Positions 60,917 through 64,000 of a DNA stretch of 64,000 bases are shown here, in pieces. Made by a program: the position numbers and the translations under genes. The stretch spans positions 16,554,001 to 16,618,000 of the forward strand of contig OZ076418.1 in assembly GCA_964187785.1 (NCBI GenBank). Direction: 5' to 3'. The notes under the pieces are model-generated. The model was given only the letters and a program-made list of their open reading frames with translations. It made no database searches and had not been told where the DNA came from. Each line of letters starts with the position of its first letter. The first letter of the stretch is position 1. The DNA is from Amphiscolops sp. MND2022. Taxonomy: Eukaryota.

Positions 60917-61987
60917 TTCCAGTTTCCAGCAGCCCCAGTGCCAGCGCCCTTCCTCCTCAGCAGCGGCCGCGTGCAGCCTCTAGCCGAGGGATATGTGGTC
61001 CGCCTGTTAGACAAAGATGACTATCGCGTCAAGAGAATAAACCCAGCAACACAAACAGTCGTACTACAAAAAATAAATTCAACCAATCGTTGCTTTGCTC
61101 GACCGGCTACGGAAATCTGGCTTCCTCCCCCAAGCAGTACCAGCCTGAGCGTGGAAGTGGACTGTCCTCCCCCTCCAGCAATTTGTGATTGCTCGCCAGT
61201 ACCTCCTAAATTAATCGTGGACACCTGCGATGTTGCGGTGGATGCGTCCCTCGACGCCGATGACAGCATGGAACTCTTAGTCTCAGAATTTGCATCGGTT
61301 GGCGAACTCAATAAGGGTTTTGAAGAAGCCCGAGCAAATGCTAACAAGGCACGCATCGAGTGTGAGCATACATTCGACCTCCTTTGCGAGGAAATGACTC
61401 TTCGGAAGGCAAAAGAAAACGAACTTCAAACAGCAACACTCGAGCTCTCTGCTCTACAAACCAACATTGCTTCTCAAGTCGTCGCCCTCGCCGAAAAAGA
61501 CAGCGAAATAGCAGCCCTGAAGACGCGCCTTAGTGCCCTAAGCGACGAAAACAGCTCTTTGCTCCAACACAGTCTGCAGCAAAGCGAAGAACTCTCTAAC
61601 CTTAAACTTGCCGCCAACAGGGTTTCAGATGCCCATCTAACTACAGAAATGCTAATCCATCAGCTGTCAACATATGCAATTGACCTGGATTTCAATGATG
61701 ACAACCTGTTCTTCGATGTCCTCGGACTGACACCAACCTCAGATGTTACCAAGATAAACATTTATGCTCGGCATCTCCTGCGCCTGGTCCACCCCGACAA
61801 GAATCGATCCATTCCAGCAGATGTCGCCCAACTTATTCCTTGCCTCAAAGAAGCTAAGAGCATCCTCACCGATCCCCAATTGAATAAAATATATCAATGT
61901 TGCGGTATGTCAGGTGTCCGCCGGGCTCGTCGCAAACTACGGACTTGCATGGATTGCGACTCCCATATGTCAGACTGGTTCGAATAA
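60917..61987 (+). CDS. Accessory ORF: coiled coil plus C-terminal DnaJ-type J-domain
   Basis: FFDVLGL...INIYARHLLRLVHPDKN...LKEAKSILTDPQLNKIY (61703-61905; HPD at 61790-61798). Heptad-rich segment at about 61305-61620. ORF is open and ends just before the PPT. The 5' end is uncertain (splice acceptor at 60915, or ATG near 61268). Confidence 0.85.
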   Translation, partial: FQFPAAPVPAPFLLSSGRVQPLAEGYVVRLLDKDDYRVKRINPATQTVVLQKINSTNRCFARPATEIWLPPPSSTSLSVEVDCPPPPAICDCSPVPPKLIVDTCDVAVDASLDADDSMELLVSEFASVGELNKGFEEARANANKARIECEHTFDLLCEEMTLRKAKENELQTATLELSALQTNIASQVVALAEKDSEIAALKTRLSALSDENSSLLQHSLQQSEELSNLKLAANRVSDAHLTTEMLIHQLSTYAIDLDFNDDNLFFDVLGLTPTSDVTKINIYARHLLRLVHPDKNRSIPADVAQLIPCLKEAKSILTDPQLNKIYQCCGMSGVRRARRKLRTCMDCDSHMSDWFE

Positions 61988-62027
61988 ATTGGCTGGCGAG
62001 GACGCAGCCTCACACGGGGGAGGGCAG

Positions 62028-62740
62028 TGTAGCATACAGAGCTAAGCAAACAGGAAATGACTTTTATATATGAATACTGCTTAATACAAATACAGTGTAC
62101 ACGTATACACTCTGTTGCTATATACACATCTATATATTAAAAAAAAATTAACTGCGTTGCTTAATATACATTGTAACAATAGGTGTGCACATTTTACTTT
62201 TTAAACAAATTTTACAAACAATTATCCAGGCAGTTCCAAGCAGTGTGCAATTTAAAAAGCCTCGTGGTCGTTTCTAAAATTTCAGCTGCCTTGCAGTAAT
62301 AAATATTTTGTTGAGTCTGATTCAACTTCCCCTTTTTTCAGCTGCCCCTTATTTAAAGCTGCTCTTATTATTTTATGCGCCCAATTCAGCTGCTCTTTTA
62401 TTTAACATTCATCAAAAGCCCCACTCTTACCCAGTGCAGGATTAATTATTTATACGTTTCTTGCACCTGCAGAAGTATCTTCAGAAGCAGAAAATTATCG
62501 AAGCCATAACTTCATCCATCAAGCCAAATGTAAGTTGTGTTTGTTATTTAACATTTTTGATTAGTAAAAATCGTTTTTTTAAAATTGAGTTTTCATATTC
62601 TTATAGACTTTTTTCTTGTCCTTTTTTTAGAAATATCCACTAGTCACTTTTGAAAACAAAATATATCCATTTACCCTAACAATCGCCCCGCGCATCGAAA
62701 TTTGAAACGAATAGAAATCTAGTAAAAAGCGATTGTTAAA
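62028..62740 (+). repeat. 3' LTR of element D
   Basis: Direct repeat of 50463-51176, followed by TSD TAGC. Confidence 0.95.
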
Positions 62741-63133
62741 TAGCCAATGAGATTTGTTTATTTGCTTTCTTCCGTCTTTGTTGCTTTTAATAATATCACT
62801 ACTGTAGTTATTTTGCAACTTCATCCAGGTATTTACCTAAAATTAACTATTCTGCGCGTCAAACGAACGAGTCCCATGGAATAGTAAATTTAAATAACTA
62901 GTAACAAAAACTCGAAAAAACGAAAGTCTATTTCAGTTAAATACTTTGGCACAAATAAGACATTCCAATAATTTTTAATTACCGAGTAGCAAAAAGTTTT
63001 TCGCTTATTTAGATGACTTCATTCATTACATGAAATTTTATTTGTGCAAGATTAGTTTTTGAACTCATGGGAATTAAAATTAATTTTCGGACTCGTGATC
63101 TTGTGGACTCGTGGGAAGACGCCAGTAGTTTGG

Positions 63134-63358
63134 TTGGTAGCTTGAACGGCTGCGGTAAGACAGGTACACTTGTCTAGCCACAATTGGCGACGGTTTTCTC
63201 AAAATTTTTATACACTTCTGTTGACTTTTCCCTCGAAATTCGTGGCGAAATCTTGCAATATCGTACATATTATTGGCACTCTTGCCAAGATTCTTCCGAA
63301 GAGTTTCACGAAAATCCAAACACTTATCAAGAGTTCAAAAAATTTCCACACTGGGTAA
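63134..63358. repeat. Diverged relative of the 32262/33296 inverted-repeat arm
   Basis: TGGTAGCTTGAAC...GCCACAATTGGCGACGG...GCCAAGATTC...CACACTGGGT parallels 33296-33498. Confidence 0.6.
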
Positions 63359-63514
63359 GAAACAGTATACTTCGTTATGTCTAATTATTGCTATCAATTG
63401 ACATGTGCTCTAATTAGGACCTTAGTATACAATTGAGAAGAAATCAATAAGAATGAAAGAAATGATTGAAAAAATTGCACGCCGCTTCGATTCTAACGTT
63501 GAACAATCCTTTAC

Positions 63515-63568
63515 CTTATTTGGGAGAGACGAGAACGCTCGCCTACAGGGGTAGAGAAACTGAACAGC
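63515..63568 (-). CDS. Probable class B GPCR ICL3 exon
   Basis: TTTTACTGCAG|G LFSFSTPVGERSRLSQI AG|GTAAAG. Ends in phase 2, so it joins 43417 in frame as ...SQIR-KSAKA. Starts in phase 2, compatible with a ..TK|L junction. Confidence 0.5.
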
Positions 63569-64000
63569 CTGCAGTAAAACCGAAAACAGCATGAATTAAT
63601 CGAGTCATAGACCAATTTGGCTTCTTTCGATGAAATTTCGTTGAGTGCCTCTGATGATTTTTCTGTCGGCCAAAACAAGGCTCCGGTTATCTCAGAGATT
63701 AAATTGGTTCCAGAAACAAATTGAAACAAATTTCTTAGAACAAACTTTGGTATTATGTGTAAATAAAAATCGCACCACACAAAGAATTATATGATCAAGG
63801 AAGGGAGAGATACCCCAAGTTTACCTGGAAATTCAAAACAACAGCAACAATGTTTTCAACAGTATTTTTAATCGAGGAAAACACCTAATGCTGCAAAAAC
63901 GTTTTTTCCCGTTTAACATTATCGAAACATTCCTAGGGAGTTTTTTGCATTCGAAGAGTGCTCTTTTGTAAAACGCCGTACTATGCCAAAGCGACATTCG

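Larger units (their letters stand above)
50463..62740 (+). mobile_element. Envelope-bearing Ty3/Gypsy retroelement D with macrodomain and J-domain accessory genes (12,278 bp)
   Basis: LTRs 50463-51176 and 62028-62740 differ by 3 substitutions and 1 indel by my count. 4-bp TSD TAGC. PBS TGGTGACAGGAGTGGGAT at 51178; PPT GGGGGAGGGCAG before 62028. Order gag-PR-RT-RH-Macro-IN, env, J-ORF. Confidence 0.95.

Overview
AT-rich, repeat-dominated animal genomic DNA with one 200-N assembly gap (26169-26368). The only host gene I can support is a minus-strand secretin-family (class B) GPCR: two confident exons (43282-43417, 41270-41311) and one probable exon (63515-63568). Most other sequence is transposon-derived. 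There are four Ty3/Gypsy LTR elements: A (10863-20661, decayed), B (10871-14639, non-autonomous, nested in A's 5' LTR), C (21664 to the gap, Gag ORF starting inside the LTR) and D (50463-62740). There are also a 521-bp BEL/Pao mini-element, hAT and Tc1/mariner non-autonomous elements, several Helentron-type (HINE/DINE-1-like) repeats, a probable solo LTR with a repeat-spacer array, foldback elements and a perfect 224-bp palindrome. The stand-out is element D, a young 12.3-kb retrovirus-like element whose LTRs differ by only about 0.5%. It carries a TARG1/OARD1-like macrodomain inside Pol between RNase H and integrase, an intact 772-codon class I (F-type) envelope ORF, and an intact extra ORF with a coiled coil and an HPD-motif J-domain. 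Its gag-pol is disrupted while env and the J-ORF remain open. All assignments come from reading motifs by eye; no database searches were run.
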